Assembly (NCBI RefSeq): GCF_018350175.1
Contig: NC_058368.1
Span: 216,568,001-216,632,000 of the forward strand
Direction of reading: 5' to 3'
DNA from: Felis catus
Lineage: Eukaryota
DNA: 64,000 nt
Under the pieces are notes generated by a model, which did no database searches, was not told where the DNA came from, and saw nothing but the letters and a program-made list of their open reading frames with translations. Positions 1 through 13,356 of this stretch are shown here, piece by piece; positions within the stretch are counted from its first letter, which is position 1, and each line of letters begins with the position of its first letter. Both the position numbers and the translations under genes were made by a program.

Positions 1-2660
1 TGGTATCATTAAAATCGATAAACTTCTAGCCAGACTCATCAAAAAGAAAGAAAGAGAGAGAGAGGATTCAATACACAAAATCAGAAATGAAAAAGGGGAA
101 GTAACAACCTAGAAGAAATGGATAAATTTATAGGAATATATAACCTACCAAAGCTAAAACAGGAAGAAATAGAAAATTTGAACAGATTGATTAACAGCAA
201 TAAAATTGAATCAGTAATAAAAAAACTCCCAACAGTTCACAGCTGAATTCCACCAAACATTTAAAGAATAAATACCTATTCTTCTCGGACTTTTTCAAAA
301 AATAGAAAAGGAAAGAAAACTTCCAAATTCATTCTGTGAGGCCACCATTACCTTGTTTCCAGAACCAGATAAAGACACCACTGAGAAAGAGAGCTACAGA
401 CCAATATCTCTAATGAACATAGATACAAAAATTCTCAACAAAACACTAGCAAACTGAATACAATAATACATTAAAAAATTGGGGTGCCTGGGTGGCTCAG
501 TTGGTTGAGCGTCCGACTTCAGCTCAGGTCATGATCTCACAGCTCGTGAGTTCAAGCCCCAAATCGGGCTCTGTGCTGACAGCTCGGAACCTGGAGCCTG
601 CTTCGGATTCTGTGTCTCCCTCTCTCTCTGCCCCTAACCGACTCACATTCTGTCTCTGTCTCTGTCTCTCTCAAAAGTAAATAAACATTAAAAAAAATAT
701 TCCCCATCATCAAGCGGGCTTTATTCCTGGGATACAAGGGTGGTTCAATATTTGCAAATCAATCATGATACATCACATCAACAAAAGAAAGGATAAAAAC
801 CATATGATCATTTCAATAGATACAGAAAAAGCATTTGACAAAGAATAACACCCATTCATAATAAAAACCTTCAACAAAGTAGGTTTACAGAGAACATACC
901 TCAACATAATAAAGACCCACAATGAAAAACACACAGCTAACATGAAAATGGGGAAAAACTGAGAGCTTTCCCCTTAAGATCAGGAAGGAGACACTATTGT
1001 CCACTCTCACCACTTTTATTCAACATAATACTGGAAGTCCTAGTCTTGTCCAGCAAGTGGACAAGAGAAAGGAATGAAAGGCATCCATATTGGTAAGGAA
1101 GAAGTCAGACTTTCACTATGTGCAGATGACATGATACTATATATAGAAAACCCTAAAGACTCCAACAAAAAACCACTAGGACTGATAACCAAATTCAGTA
1201 AGGTCTCAGGATCCAAAATCAATGTACAGAAATCAGTTACATTTCTACACACCAATAAGGAAGCAGCACAAAGAGAAATTAATAAAACAATCCCATATAC
1301 AAATGCACCAAAAATAGTAAAATATCTAGGAATAAACTTAACCAAAAAGATGAAAGATCTGTACTCTGAAATTATAAAACACTGATGAAAGAAATTGAAG
1401 GCAACATGGAAAGACATTCCATGCTCATGTTTTGGAAGAACAAATATTGTTAAAATGTCTGTACTACCCAAAGCAGTCTACATATTTACTGCAATCCCTG
1501 TCAAAATGCCAACAGCATTTTTCACAGCCCTGGAATACACGATCTTAAAATTTGTATAGAACCACAACGGACCCCACATACCCAAAGCAATCTTGAAAAA
1601 CAAAAGTGGAGATATCACAATTCCAGACTTCAATTTATATTGCAAAGCTGCAGTGATCAAAAAAGTATGGTACGTTTTAAGTGCTGATGAGTTCTCACAC
1701 AAGACCAATAGTTTGGGATAACATTCAGTCAAGAGTAATTTCCATGGAAGTATAGGAGATGCTTTGGGAAGTGAAATCACTCTATACTTAAAGGTATGGG
1801 GAAAAAGGACTCAATTTTTAAGTGCCATGGGAAGAGATACCCTGCACTTATACACACAGTTACCTCATACTTCAACAGCAAGATTTGTTGCAATGGAAAC
1901 ATTCTCTTTCCTAAGTTGAAGAGCCCCAAATAGTACCGTAGCCTACATTAAACATAAGTGCCCCTTTCCTTTACGGAACTCTGGTCTACTCAAGTCATTG
2001 AATTCCAAATAATCATCACTGGAGTGCCAATATTAAACCCCATCATCATATTCCTAAATTAACCCTAAATATTTACAGTCCATAAAAGAATAACAGTTTG
2101 GTATTCACACAAAAACAGACAAATCGTAACAGAAAGCCCAGAAATAAGCTCACAGCTCTATCTTTCACAAACCAGGAAAAATATCCAAGGGGAAAATAGA
2201 CTGTCTTTTTAACAAATGACATTGGGAAAGTGGACAGCTGCATAAATAATGGAATAATTTTCAACCATAAAAGAGAATGAAATCTTGCCATTTGCAACCA
2301 CATGCTTGGATTTAGAGTATGATGTTATGTGAAACAAGTGAAATAAGTCAGTCAGAGAAAGACAAATAGCATATGATTCCACTCATATGTGGATTAAACA
2401 AAACAAACCAAAACAAAACAAACCAGCAAAGGGAGAAAAAGAGAGAGAGAGAGAAACCAAAAAACCAGAATAACACCCATTTACCAAAGAGGAGGTGGGG
2501 GGGGGGGAAAGGGTGAAATAGGTGAAGGAGATTAAGAGTACATTTATTTTGATGAACGCTAAGTAATATGTGGATTTGTTGAATCACTATATTGTACACC
2601 TGAAGCAAATATAACATTGTATGTTAATAAAGCTTGAATTATTATTATTTTTAATTACAA
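1..2660 (+). mobile_element. Degraded LINE-1 (carnivore L1): ORF2 RT region to 3' UTR, interrupted by a SINE (481-697) and an unexplained insert (1674-2091)
   Basis: ORF 1074-1385 reads [29 protein letters not shown], matching the L1 RT motif (F/Y)ADD. L1 3'UTR text follows (aatgaaatcttgccatttgcaac...gtcagagaaagacaaata...ctatattgtacacctgaa). Confidence 0.92.
481..697 (+). mobile_element. SINEC_Fc-type carnivore SINE
   Basis: ggggtgcctgggtggctcagttggttgagcgtccgacttcagctcaggtcatgatctc, then (CT)n and an A-rich tail. Confidence 0.95.
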
Positions 2661-4027
2661 CAGAGGAAAAAAACAAAACAAATCAACAGCAAAGAAAGAA
2701 ATATCATGTCCAGTTAGTTTTCCATTAAATAATTGACAAATATTATTTATAAAAACAGACTTAATTCCAAAGAATTAAAGATATATTGTATACGTTACAT
2801 ACAATTTCAGATGAACTTAAGCAAGAGAGAGAGTCAGAGAGAGATTAGCCTTTAAATTTCGAAAACAAAATATTGGTTACTCGTTGAAGCCTTTGCTAAT
2901 AAAATAAGGATGCTTGGACTTCTTCTCTCACTTCCATAGAAAGGGGTTTTTAGTCTTTTAAGAGAAAACTTTGTGGCATTTTCCTTTTTTACTGAAAAGA
3001 AACTATTCTTATATTTTTTTACATGATTTTCACCGCATGGAGATCTAGAGTAATCAAAGTCATTCACCGGGATGACCGTGCACTGTAACAAGGCCATCTA
3101 CAGCAGCAGTCTGTCAAAAACGGAATCATTTTTTAATGTAGAGAAGCCAGGAAGAAATAAAATGAAATGTCTGCCCTTTAACATTTCAGAACAGGGAAAC
3201 TGATTCACTCTGCCCCATTCCAGTTAAACGTAATAGATGTATTTTTGTACATGTTCAAGCCACAGAGTTTCTGATGGACATTCTTTTTAAAAACTCCTAT
3301 AAATAGAATATTTTTTCCCTCTCTGCTTATTTTCTCGGGAATGGTAGCTGCCTCAACTTAATGAGATTGAGACCATTTCTCTGAGGATCAGGTGCTAGTT
3401 CAATAAGATTAATGAATAGTGTGAAAGCTTAGTTTGCTATTTGAAAAAAATGATAATAATCTATCTATCTGTCTATCTATTTATTTACCACTATCCTATG
3501 GGATTCTATTCCATAACCAGTGAACTCCAGTTCCCCAGGCCTGATTGAGAGCAACTGGCAGACTTTAAATATGACTGGTAAAGTGATTTTTTTTTAGTTG
3601 TCTTAATATTCAACGCTAATAATACTGGGTTTTGTTTATTTTCATGCCTGATTCTGTTCTGTATTTACTGCTATGACTCCATAATGGCTCTCCTACTCTG
3701 TCAATTTGTTATGATAATTTCATAATAACAATACATTTGACATTCTTGAAGCTCTACAGAATAAGTAGATTTTTAGCAGCATTTATTATTTATACAGTGA
3801 TTTATAGAGTTTATTCATTTCCATTATCTATTTCTCACAATGTATTCATGAAGAATGATGGTTATGGTCTCCACAGATACACATTCTCAATTGAAATAAA
3901 CTTCTCTACTTTTGTATCTTCATTAGAAATGTTTCGGAAATAAATACTATTTACATCAATTACTTTCCAATACCAGTTAAAATAAAAGTATTATTTCTCT
4001 ATGTATCTATTAAAATTGTAACTGCTT

Positions 4028-4577
4028 TGTGGTAGGCTGAAAAATGACACCCTAAAAGATATCTACATCCTAATCCCTGTAACCTGTGAATATTACCTAA
4101 CAACTGAAAAAAAGCAAAACAAAACAAAAACAAAACAAACAACAACAAAAAAAAACCAAGAAACTAAATACCCAAAACACAAGGTTTTAGATGTGATTAA
4201 ATTAAGTATCTTGTGTGGGGAGATTATCCTGGATTATCCTGGATTATGCCATCACATTATCCCTATAAAAGGAGCACAGAGGGAGATTTTACACACATTG
4301 TGGAGAAAGCCATGTGAAAAACGGGGCATAGAGAGACTTATAGATGTTGGCCTTGAAGGTTGGAGTGATGGCACGTCAGAAATGGGAAAATTCAAGGACT
4401 GGATTCTCCTGTAGAGCCTCTGAGGGAGGGTGGCCCTTCTCACACTGTGATTCTGGTTAAGCGATACTGATTTTGAACCTCTGGCCTCCAGAACTGTGAG
4501 ATAATAAATGCAATACATTTTGGTTATTTTAAGCCAAGTTTCTGGTAAACTGTTTCAGCAGGTTCAGAAAACTAAGG
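4028..4577 (+). mobile_element. MaLR LTR (MLT1D-like)
   Basis: tgtggtaggctgaaaaatg...atccctgtaacctgtgaatattacc...ggagattatcctggattatcc...cctccagaactgtgagataataaatg...gttattttaagcc. Confidence 0.75.
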
Positions 4578-4670
4578 GAACTAATGTTTATTTAAAATCC
4601 AATTTTTCCAAAAAAAATGAAAATCCACTTCTTCCACCAAAGAAACAGTACCAATAGAAGATATACATGT

Positions 4671-4672
<2 letters not shown>

Positions 4673-4710
<38 letters not shown>
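4673..4710. repeat. (CA)n microsatellite
   Basis: Direct inspection. Confidence 0.95.
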
Positions 4711-4711
<1 letters not shown>

Positions 4712-5140
4712 AACTGGTATAACCACACTTTGGGAAACTGGCATGGTCTGCTAATGTATACTATACATACACCTATGGAAAGATTCAGCAATTTCACTCT
4801 TAAGTATGCATATGTCAAGATGAAGATATAGAAAGAGAAAGACACGAATAGATATAAAGAGAATGAGAGAGACGGGAAAACACAGAAAGACATCTTTATT
4901 GCGAGGTATTGGCTTATTCAATAGTTGGGGGAATGCTACGCATGCCTATAATCTGTAGTCAGGCTGTCAACAAAAGCAAACTGGAGCTCTGGGGCATGAG
5001 CTATAGCTTCAGCACACAGGCAGCAGTCTTCTTCCTTCCAAGAAACTTCAAGGCTCTTAAGGCTTTTCTGCTAATGGAATCTGGCCCACAAAGATTATCT
5101 AGGATAATGCCTTTAAAGTCAAGTGGTGAAAGAACATCAT

Positions 5141-5356
5141 TTTTTTTAAGTATTTTTTTAACGTTTATTTATTTTTGAGACAGAGAGAGACAGAGCATGA
5201 ACGGGGGAGGGCCAGATGGAGACACAGAATCTGAAACAGGCTCCAGGCTCTGAGCTGTCAGCACAGAGCCTGACGCGGGGCTCGAACTCACGGACCGCGA
5301 GATCATGACCTGAGCCGAAGTCGGCCACTTAACTGACTGAGCCACCCAGGCGCCCC
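5141..5356 (-). mobile_element. SINEC_Fc
   Basis: Reverse-complement SINE flanked by the repeat agaacatcat (TSD). Confidence 0.95.
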
Positions 5357-5392
5357 ACAGAACATCATCTTTAAGATTAAAGAAGAATCACT

Positions 5393-5479
5393 GGGGCACT
5401 TGGCTGGCTCAGTCGGTAGAACACCAACTCTTCATCTTGAGGTTGTGAGTTTGAGCCCACATTGGGTGTAGAGATTACT

Positions 5480-5511
<32 letters not shown>

Positions 5512-5520
5512 ATAAACTTA
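5393..5520 (+). mobile_element. Short carnivore SINE (tRNA head plus long polyA)
   Basis: ggggcacttggctggctcagtcggtaga...gggtgtagagattact, then a pure A run of about 27 nt. Confidence 0.85.
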
Positions 5521-5632
5521 AGAAAAGAATCCCATCTACAAAATACCACATAGAGTAGTGTTTGAACAACTGGGAAGTATAGCCTGGCCCAGTTAATACA
5601 TAAAACTATCACACATGGTAAAAAATCAATAC

Positions 5633-6020
5633 GTATTAGTTTGCTAGAGCTGCCATAACAAAATACTACGGATTGGATGGTTTAAACAATAGAAATTTAT
5701 TTCCTTATAGTCTCAGAAGCTGGAAGTCCAAGATCAAGGTGACCCACATTTGGTTTCTCCTGTGGCCTTGTTCATCGCCTTGCAAATAGTCACTTACTTG
5801 ATAAGTCCTTTTTGCTGTGTGTGTGTCCGAGTGATTATTTCCTCTCTGTCCTAATCTCTTCTTATAAGGATACCAGTCCGACACGACCCAACCTCAGGAC
5901 TTCATTTTAACTTAATTACCTCTTTAAAAGCCGTATCTTCAAGTACAGTCAGTCACATTTTAAGGTACTCGCGTTAGTACTTCAACATACAAATTTTGGG
6001 AAAACACAATTGAATCTATA
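5633..6020 (-). mobile_element. MaLR LTR (MLT1A/B-like)
   Basis: gtattagtttgctagagctgccataacaaaatac...gaagtccaagatcaaggtg...ttaattacctctttaaa...cttcaacatacaaattttggg. Confidence 0.8.
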
Positions 6021-7272
6021 AGAATACTTTTTTTCCATTGAAATATTCTGATTTAAAACATATTCAGTAGTGGTATTTTTTTTTAATGAACTTCTACCTT
6101 CAATTTACCAATGTACAAGTGAATTTTATCTATAATATTCTTTTTTTCTGTAATTTTTTATTATAAAGCTTATGGTAGAATCAAAGAATGAACATTGAAA
6201 TTTTTAGCTATCCCTATGTTCTACAGCAAGTCAAGAAACAAATCAATGTTCCATTGTATTTTCAGGTTCTGAAATACTTGAAAACTACAGTCTTTGAAGA
6301 TTTATTATAATTAATCAGTAGGAAGAACTATTTGTATCTGCTATTTATGAATGTATATTGTTGACTATGTATACAAAAATCCACTTCCTTTTTCTAGAAT
6401 CAACTTCAATAATTTATATTTCTATTTAAAATGATCTTTTTTATTTTCACAATAAGTTGATACAAATTTTAATGATTTTCCCATGTATTCTCATTTCTTC
6501 TGGATTGGTATTTTAGCCTCCTTTTCTACAATGCCATGTTTTTATGTTAGGTCTTCTTTCTCAATTGGTAAAATTTTCCAATAATTTGTATAATTTTTTA
6601 TACATATGCCTTTTGATAACTGATTGATTCTTCCCCTTATGTCCCACAACTCATTTTATTTGTTAATTCCTTTCTTTTTTTTCTTTTTATATAGACTATT
6701 TTAATAAAGAATACAGTATGTTTAAGCCAAACAATAAATAACACAAGGAGAAATGAAATGATAAATAAGAACCACCATGTATTGATCTCCTAATTCAAAA
6801 CTTATTTTAGCAAACTCTTTGGTATCTATCAGTAAACGCATTATTTTTATTTACCTTGAAAAAATATCTTCTACACCATGTGATTTCATAATATTTTTAT
6901 TAAAAATATTATTTTACAAAATATGTTTACATAACATTCTTTACACACTATAATTTATTATTTGTTTTTAAAAAATGATTTAGTTGCACATTTCCTAGTT
7001 TAGATATTAATGTCCGAAAAAGTTTCGTCCTGTCACAAATAATGCTATAGTAAACACATTGTGCATATTATTTCCTGCTCAGATTTGTATTTGATGAAAG
7101 ATATGTGCATTTAAATCTTGCTCGATAATGCATGATAACAAAAACAATGAATGATTACCATCCAAAACTAGGAAAATAATTATTCTTATGTTATCTTCTC
7201 GTTTGAATGTATAGTTCATTTATTTCTTAGTTTTTAGTCACTTTAGACATGGATGCCCTGGAAATTGTTTTT

Positions 7273-7493
7273 TTAATAGTATTTTTTTTTCAACGTTTAT
7301 TTATTTTTGGGACAGAGAGAGACAGAGCATGAATGGGGGAGGGGCAGAGAGAGAGGGAGACACAGAATCGGAAACAGGCTCCAGGCTCCGAGCCATCAGC
7401 CCAGAGCCCGACGCGGGGCTCGAACTCACGGACCGCGAGATCGTGACCTGGCTGAAGTCGGACGCCCAACCGACTGCGCCACCCAGGCGCCCC
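7273..7493 (-). mobile_element. Young SINEC_Fc
   Basis: CpG-rich copy with the diagnostic ccatcagcccagagcccgacgcgggg; TSD ggaaattgtttttt. Confidence 0.95.
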
Positions 7494-7896
7494 GGAAATT
7501 GTTTTTTATCATATTTTGTATTTATTGGATCATAATCCATATGATTTCATTTTTATCCAAGTTTAGTGAGATTTTTCTTAGTGTGTAAAACATCATCAAT
7601 GTTTGAATAGATTGTTATTCATATATGGGGCACATATATTATAGATTAAAATATATAAAAGATATATTTAACTACAAGTAAAATCAAGTTTTATTATGAT
7701 ATAATATTCCCTTGTTTTGTTCCTATTAGTTGTTTGTTTGCTTTGTTGTGTTTGGACAGAACTGTTTCCAAATTTGAAAATATTTATTTTCTATTTTTTC
7801 TTTCACTTTTTAGAATACTTTCCTCATGCACATAAATGCTAGACCATTTTAGGCTTACGCATTTCTGATGTTTTACTAACCTTCTACAAACCTCTT

Positions 7897-8316
7897 TGTC
7901 AGTCAGCTTTTAGACAACAGGTTTCAGCCCTGGAAATTTAATCAAGGCAGAGGGGCCAGAATGATGCCAACCCCCTGGCTGACTACAGGCCCATCAGGTG
8001 ACCCACCCCAAAATACCCCTGGGCCCTAACTGACCAATGGGGTATTTGCAACCAGGCTCAGTTACCAGCATTCCATACATTGCCATACCTCCTCATCTTC
8101 CCTCTTTAAAATCAGGTCCCACCTACTGCCTCATTGTGGACAGTCTCCCTCAGGTGTCCCGCCCACCACTCCGCGGTATTGAATAAACTTCTATCTCCTG
8201 TGTTCTGCCTTGGCTGAATCCTTTCATTCTCTACACCACCAGCTTCCACCTAACCCATCACCCCACTTTTAGGGGCCCCCATCCAATCAGAAGGGACACC
8301 ACATTAAGACACCACA
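7897..8316 (+). mobile_element. Solo ERV LTR (probably ERV1 class)
   Basis: GC-rich island with TG...CA ends, near-identical 4-bp flanks (tctt/cctt), CCAAT at 8034, TTTAAAA at 8105 and AATAAA at 8182. Confidence 0.75.
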
Positions 8317-9045
8317 CCTTTGATGTTTTATTTTTACCAGAAATTCTATTTTGACTAACTCGTATTGAAGATCCTGTTTTCATGTCACTTAAAGTTTCTG
8401 GGTGTGAATCTGGAAATCATATTATTTTTAAATGTTTTAAAAGTTTTTGATGTATCCAATGTAAATATTGTAGTATACTTTTAAAATGGCCAGTCTAAGA
8501 AAATTTGTCACTTAATACAAGTAGTAAATCAACACACAATGATTGCAATCCATAATATATTTAGTCTTATATCTGATTTTCACTTAAAATCTTCTGTTTG
8601 TGTTTTTATTCCCTCTGTTTCTGCATTTTCTTGTATTTCATCCTAAAAACTTTTTTAGAAATGCATGTATTTTTAAATTATGGTTCCTATTTTCCCTAGA
8701 TCTTAAAAATGTCAGTCTTTTCTTTACAAATTATAATCTAATTTAAGTAATCCTGTCTAAATTAAAAACAACTTTAACAGCAACATAGACATGTATTTAT
8801 TGCACATATTCTTGTTAAAACAAAGAGCAACAAAATATCAATATGCATAACTTCTCCTATAACACGGCAATATATTTTGCATGGATTTTCTTGATCGCTC
8901 TGTCCACCATATCTCTAAACCCAAAGTGTGATCCTATCATCTAAAATATCTCTTATTGTCTATAAACTCATCCTACATATACAAATACTTCCAACAACCT
9001 GAAAGTTGGTAAGTGATAAAAATGCTGAATAAATTCTAATACACA

Positions 9046-9084
<39 letters not shown>

Positions 9085-9085
9085 A
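9046..9085. repeat. (TAAA)n microsatellite
   Basis: Direct inspection. Confidence 0.95.
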
Positions 9086-9191
9086 TGTTACACAGTTTTT
9101 AGATGTGACTTGCATGTTCTTCCTGGAGTGATTGTTGTTTAAGTGTCAGAGTACTGTTAACCCTTTGATTCCAACTTTTATAGAAACAACT

Positions 9192-9660
9192 GGGGCGCCT
9201 GGGTGGCTCAGTCGGTTAAACGTCCGACTTTGGCTCAGGTCATGATCTCACGGTCTGTGAGTTCGAGTCCCGCCTCGGGCTCTGTGCTGACAGTTCAGAA
9301 CCTGGAGCCTGCTTCGGATTCTGGGTCTCCCTCTCTCTCTGACACTCCCCATTCATGCTCTGTCTCTCTCTGTCTCAAAAATAAATAAACATTAAAAAAA
9401 ATTTTTTTTAAATAATAAAAAATATGGGGCGCCTGGGTGGCTCAGTCGGTTGAGTGGCCAACTTCGGCTCAGGTCAGGATCTCGCGGTCCGTGAGTTTGA
9501 GCCCTGCGTCGGGCTCTGTGCTGACAGCTCAGAGCCTGGAGCCTGTTTCAGATTCTGTGTCTCCCTCTCTCTGACCCTCCCCCGCCGTTCATGCTCTGTC
9601 TCTCTCTGTCTCAAAAATAAATAAACATTAAAAAAAAATAATAAAAAAGAAAAAAAGAAA
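9192..9660 (+). mobile_element. Two tandem SINEC_Fc copies (9192-9422, 9426-9660)
   Basis: Two ggggcgcctgggtggctcagtcgg heads, each with (CT)n and an A tail. Confidence 0.95.
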
Positions 9661-9739
9661 CAACAAACATATCTACCTATGTGTATATGTGTATATTTTT
9701 GTACGGGTGCATGATATCTTTTTAAATTCATAAGGAGAG

Positions 9740-10058
9740 CCATAGTAGATTGCAAAATGGACAATACATATATGTTGCTGGAAGAGACAAGAGAACACTG
9801 TATTTCTGCAGTTCAGTTAAGCATGTATTATTTTGCAGTTCAAGCAGAGAGTAAATTTAGTCTTTCACTTTTTTTTTTCTATTCAGACCTTCAGTGGGCT
9901 GCATAAGGTCCATCCACAATGGTGAAGGCAATCTTCTTTACCCAGTCTACTGATTCAAAGGCTAATCTCTTACAGAAACACCCTCACAGACACAGTCAGA
10001 AATAATGTTTCAGCAGCTATGCAGACATCCCTTATCCACATAAAATTAACCATCACAA
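9740..10058 (+). mobile_element. MLT2-like LTR fragment
   Basis: ctattcagaccttcag...gtctactgattcaaaggctaatctc...aaacaccctcacagacac...cataaaattaaccatcaca. Confidence 0.75.
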
Positions 10059-10182
10059 TTTAACATTAGTTGTGTCTTCCTAGTTTAAAAATTTATTCTG
10101 TATGTCTATATTTGTTGCTATTATATGAATTCATTTTCAGTTTTTCTGGGAGTATCTGTATGATTAATTTTATTTTGAAAAA

Positions 10183-10323
10183 ATGGGCATTAAGGAGGGC
10201 AATTGGGATGAGCACTGGGTGTTTTAGGTAAGCGATGAATCACTAAATTCTATTCCTGAAACTAATATTACTCTATATGTTAACTAACTGGAATTTAAAT
10301 AAAAACTTGTAACTTCAAAAAAA
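10183..10323 (+). mobile_element. Carnivore L1 3' tip
   Basis: atgggcattaaggagggc...gggatgagcactgggtgtt...gatgaatcactaaattcta...gttaactaactggaatttaaataaaa. Confidence 0.85.
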
Positions 10324-12051
10324 TATGTAGTTTATCTTTGAATTTTCTTCAATGTTAGTATTTTGGTTTTTATAAGTATAACTAGATATAGAATTATTTT
10401 TATAATATTTTTTCTTACAACACTTACACAAGTTGCTATATGTTTTGGAGGGTGGGATCATCCATCAATATTTTTTTTATCACCTCATCAGATAATAAGG
10501 AAAATGTGAATTCATTCAAGTATAAATATTCCTTTTTGTAGAAGTTTGTAGAATTTTATTATTAATTTGACTATTAATTTCATCAATCTAAACATTAACA
10601 TTAAATATTTTTCTTTTTCAAACAGTGAATGCAGTTTTAGTTTACTGATTTCTGGTTGTTATAATTATGCATTTGAGTCACATGCAGCTTTCCTGATGGA
10701 TCAGAAGGAAGAGACCTTTCTATGGCAAGGGTCAGAATTCATCCTGGGCACCTCCCAGCTTCTCTCTCCAGATGCAAAACCCTCTCTGAGGAACTATGTT
10801 CCTCCATTTCTTTAGAGACGTATCCTTACTAATTTATTCTGGGATAAACACTATAGTTGTCGAAAACGAGAAGAGGTAACTGACACAGCATTGAGGAAAT
10901 TCATACCTGACTACAAGACACCCTCCTGTAGTTTCCCAGAACATGTTTCTTGATTTGTGCATTTGGGAACATTTGAAATCTCTCTATTTTGAAGTTTCTT
11001 CATTTTGTCCATAACGTGCTGTGGAAGTTTCAGATTAGGTTTGTCACGTAAAGGCAGTATCTTGCTGTCTTTATAACCTCCAGAAATACCTCAATTTTAT
11101 TCTTCCAAAGATATCCTCTTGGCTTCTCAAGAGCTCCCAGGCTTTAATTCATTTATTTACTTTATTTTGTGGTTATTCTGTAATTTCAATGTGATTTTAG
11201 AAGGAAGAAGAAATGAACACATGTCATTAGTCACTTTGAACCCCAAAATCTTACATCGTTTTAATGTAATATCGCAGTGAGGGAACAGAAAAAGGAGTTA
11301 ACGGCAGTCAGAGGTTAGGGTATGACTGCAGTTCTCTGAATTATATTGCATTTATGTAAATAGCAGCTAAAATTTAATCCCTATTAGAATGAGTTTCAAA
11401 TTCTGAAATTTGATTACTTTAAACTTTATTATAATTAATTTTAATGAAATTATATACCAGTTTTCTGCAATCCAGCTTTCCAGTAATCAAACTCAAAGAT
11501 ATGATTAATGTACGTATATTAAAAGTGCTTTTAAAAAATTAAGCAAGAAAAATACACTAATAAAGTAGATGTAGATTTTATTAGTAAATAAAGTCCGTTG
11601 GTTTCAAATAAATTACAACTGGGTATTTCCTAGAACTTACATTGAACATAGACTAGAAATCCCGTAGAGAATATAACTTTACTTCATAAACTAACATGGT
11701 TGATTTTTACAATCTGTAACTGGGGTGTGAATGAAAGCTCACTTGGGTTTCTTTTTAACATGTGCATGCATTCTAGATCCCCTTCCCCAAATATGCTAAT
11801 GTGGTGCCCAAGAAACTAAGTTCCTGACAAGAATCTCCAGGTGGGTTCTGCTGAGAGACTCTCTTCAAGGACAGCATGTACTCATTTTGCCACTCAAAGG
11901 CTCCCCAGAAATCGATCCTCAGATTTGTAATGCTGCAGTGGTACTAACTATAATAGCAGTAATAGTACTAATAACAATAACAAGGAAACACAAATTAGTT
12001 GTTTTATACTTATCAGGCGATGTGCTATAAATATTAATGATTTGCCCTAAT

Positions 12052-12060
12052 CTTTCTTCT

Positions 12061-12100
<40 letters not shown>

Positions 12101-12129
12101 TCATTTATTTAGAGAGCATGCGAGTGGGC

Positions 12130-12162
<33 letters not shown>

Positions 12163-12287
12163 ATTTTAAGCAGATTCCATGCTCAGCACAGAGTCTGATG
12201 TGGGGCTCAATTTCACAACCCTGGGACCATGACCTGAACCCAGATCAAGAGTCCGACGCTCAACCAACTGAGCCACCCCGGGACCCA
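12052..12287 (-). mobile_element. Carnivore SINE with a (TTTC)n-expanded tail
   Basis: Reverse-complement SINE; TSD-like cctaatcttt on both sides. Confidence 0.9.
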
Positions 12288-12684
12288 TCCTAATCTTTAT
12301 TTTAAAAAACCAAAGAGTTTCTACTGATGAAATTCACATCTCTGATAAAGACTTCAGTCTAAGAAAGAGGAAGTTACTTGTCTGCTGTCCTGTAGTGTTC
12401 TCTGTGTGGCAGTGTTCTCTGACACCAGAGACTCCTCTCAGAGTCCTCCTTGCTAGACAGTTCTATCTGAAGTCAGAATATAATAGTGAAATTTAAAAAT
12501 ATACATTTCACATAATTACTATGCATCATGTTAGTGTATCACATGACTAACAGAGAAATGCCTTTATTATATTGATTTTTTTTTCCATGTAAGAACAGGT
12601 ACTCATTTCCATTTATTTTAATGTCCTTTTAAGACTTCAATAATGCTTCTTCCGTTGAATACCTAAAAATTTATGAATATTTCT

Positions 12685-12907
12685 TTTCTTTAAGTTTATT
12701 TATTTTTGAGGAGAGGTAGAGAGAACATGTGAGTGAAGGAGGGCAAGAGTGAAAGAGAGACAGAAAGAACGAGAGAGAACCCTAAGCAGGCTCCACACTG
12801 TCAGCCTCGGAGCCCGATATGGGGCTCAAACCCATGAGCTGTGATATCATGACCTGAGCTGAAATCAAGAGTTGTACACCTAACCAAATGAGCCACCCAG
12901 GCACCCC
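12685..12907 (-). mobile_element. Carnivore SINE
   Basis: Reverse-complement SINE ending gagccacccaggcacccc. Confidence 0.9.
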
Positions 12908-13356
12908 TAAAAATTTCTGAATATTTCTAAGTATTTCTATACATTTTATTTTTGTTCTATTCAAACGAGATTTTTTTCCCATGACTATTAAATAATTCTC
13001 ATTAGGAAAAACATTTTTGATGTGAAATTAAATCTCCAAATGATTTAACAAATTTCTTCTTATTTTTATTTTTGTTGTGTTACTAGAATTTCCAGATGAA
13101 ACCCCTGGAAACTTTGAAAAGTTTGCACTACTCATCTGGTAGTTATGCCTCTCATATAATCATATGTTATTTGAATAAATAATACTATCCAAGAATTGTG
13201 TCTGGCACTCTGATCAATGATTGAATTAAAATCAAAACAAAACAAAACCTTGCCTCATGAAGCTTACAATTTAATGGAAATCTCAGGCATTGGTCAAATA
13301 ATCATACAGAAATATAATTCCAAGCTGTGATAACTTAAGAAAACACATGGGAAGGG

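Larger units (their letters stand above)
4895..5615 (+). mobile_element. ERVL LTR (MLT2-like), interrupted by two SINEs
   Basis: ttggcttattcaatagttggggg...ggcccacaaagattatctaggataat...ccagttaatacataaaactatcaca, resembling the MLT2 terminus. Confidence 0.6.

Noticed and set aside
481..560. tRNA-like A/B box sequences
   Set aside because: They are the tRNA-derived heads of CAN-SINEs, not tRNA genes.
1040..1471. 143-aa hydrophobic ORF
   Set aside because: Antisense reading of L1 ORF2.
7301..7588. Recurrent ORFs such as MGQRETEHERGRGRERGRHR... and MAQSVK...SSSPASGS...
   Set aside because: These are translations of SINEC_Fc consensus sequence repeated throughout the window.
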